From positions 546,492-610,491 of the forward strand of contig CAVSCE010000009.1 in the NCBI GenBank assembly GCA_963726375.1: 64,000 nucleotides of DNA, given 5' to 3'. Positions 63,577 through 64,000 of this stretch are shown piece by piece. Under the pieces are notes generated by a model that made no database searches, was not told the DNA's origin, and was given only the letters and a program-made list of their open reading frames with translations. This stretch comes from an uncultured Chloroflexia bacterium (GTDB lineage Bacteria; Chloroflexota; Anaerolineae; Anaerolineales; UBA4823). Numbering within the stretch: position 1 is the stretch's first letter; each line of letters begins with the position of its first letter. The position numbers and the translations under genes were made by a program.

Positions 63577-63584
63577 TGTTAGCT

Positions 63585-63629
63585 CAGGCAGGTTGGCACT
63601 GAATTCGAACCAACCTGCCTGTTTTTTTT
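63585..63629 (+). terminator. Rho-independent terminator after carbamate kinase
   Basis: CAGGCAGGTTGG-loop-CCAACCTGCCTG is followed by TTTTTTTT. Confidence 0.8.
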
Positions 63630-63664
63630 GATAAACCAGCATAAATACTGAAGGGTAGGTGAGC

Positions 63665-64000
63665 ATGTCAAATGTCAGTCCTGCCAGCAAGAATTTTATT
63701 TACAAATTTAATCCACGAAACATCAGGTGGAAGGAGTTCTTCTATGCGAGCGTCTTCCCTGTTCTTGCTGTAGTACTTGCGCTGGTTTTTGGGGCTGTGA
63801 TGCTTTTGCTGTTGGGGGTTAATCCGATCGAAGCTTACGCTGCGATGATCGGAGGTGTATTTGGCAGCGTTTCAGGGATGACCCAGGCCCTAGTTAAAGC
63901 CACTCCCCTACTGCTTGTTGGACTCGGTATATGCATCGCGTTTCGTGCAAGTGTGATCAATATCGGTGGCGAAGGTCAGATTATACTCGGCGCCCTGATG
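63665..64000 (+). CDS. ABC transporter permease (nucleoside/BMP-type), 5' part, runs off the window end
   Basis: My translation from the ATG at 63665 gives MSNVSPASKNF...VFPVLAVVLALVFGAVMLLLLGVNPIEAYAAMIGGVFG...LLLVGLGICIAFRASVINIGGEGQIILGAL. This is typical of YufP/NupP-like permeases. Confidence 0.65.
   Translation, partial: MSNVSPASKNFIYKFNPRNIRWKEFFYASVFPVLAVVLALVFGAVMLLLLGVNPIEAYAAMIGGVFGSVSGMTQALVKATPLLLVGLGICIAFRASVINIGGEGQIILGALM

Noticed and set aside
1-64000. Stop-codon reassignment (alternative genetic code) as an explanation for the interrupted genes.
   Set aside because: Most interruptions are frame changes, not in-frame stops. Intact genes terminate normally at TAA, TGA and TAG. 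Only three in-frame stops were found, one TGA and two TAA.
1-64000. CRISPR arrays, transposases/IS elements and rRNA genes.
   Set aside because: Reading through the window, I saw no regularly spaced direct repeats, no transposase or integrase-like ORFs and no rRNA-like sequence.

Overview
This is a 64 kb chromosomal window from a moderate/low-GC bacterium. There is no transposase, integrase, phage gene or CRISPR array. My guess from gene content is a Chloroflexota/Anaerolineae-like anaerobe, which I cannot verify without a search.

Gene content, in order:
- DNA repair and B12 genes: mutM, a GNAT, meaB, and the methylmalonyl-CoA mutase B12 subunit.
- Envelope proteins: an S1 protease, two PD40/TolB-like lipoproteins, an LCAT-like lipase, an amidase and an L,D-transpeptidase.
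- Adenosine deaminase.
- A DsbA-like gene whose CXXC cysteine codon is TGA.
- A five-gene radical-SAM operon.
- A pentose/fucose-type sugar operon: araB, an alcohol dehydrogenase, an M24 peptidase and a FucI-like isomerase.
- A complete suf Fe-S operon with a divergent SufR-like regulator.
- A long minus-strand operon: ArsR, manC, PMM, rhaB, DUF4432 and a LarA-like gene.
- recJ, tRNA-Lys(UUU) and a membrane pyrophosphatase.
- A purine/carbamoyl-phosphate catabolic cluster: ade, gntR, two carbamoyltransferases, carbamate kinase and an ABC permease.

The two most interesting loci:
1. 13.7-19.2 kb: a co-directional operon. It encodes a Zn-ribbon membrane protein, then a DUF2207-like membrane protein ending in a cytoplasmic (Cys-Ala)n tail. 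These are followed by a radical SAM/SPASM enzyme with a PqqD/RRE-like N-terminus, a paralog that has lost every Fe-S cysteine, and a SAM methyltransferase. I read it as a candidate RiPP-like or protein-tail-modifying system with no separate precursor gene.
2. 11.6-12.4 kb: a DsbA-family ORF interrupted only by an in-frame TGA at the first Cys of CPYC. A SECIS-like hairpin lies downstream, making it a candidate selenoprotein.

Major caveat: roughly 25 genes are split by frameshifts, and several that I traced fall in homopolymer runs. The assembly probably carries indel errors. I therefore give coordinates for reconstructed full-length genes and name the fragments in the evidence.
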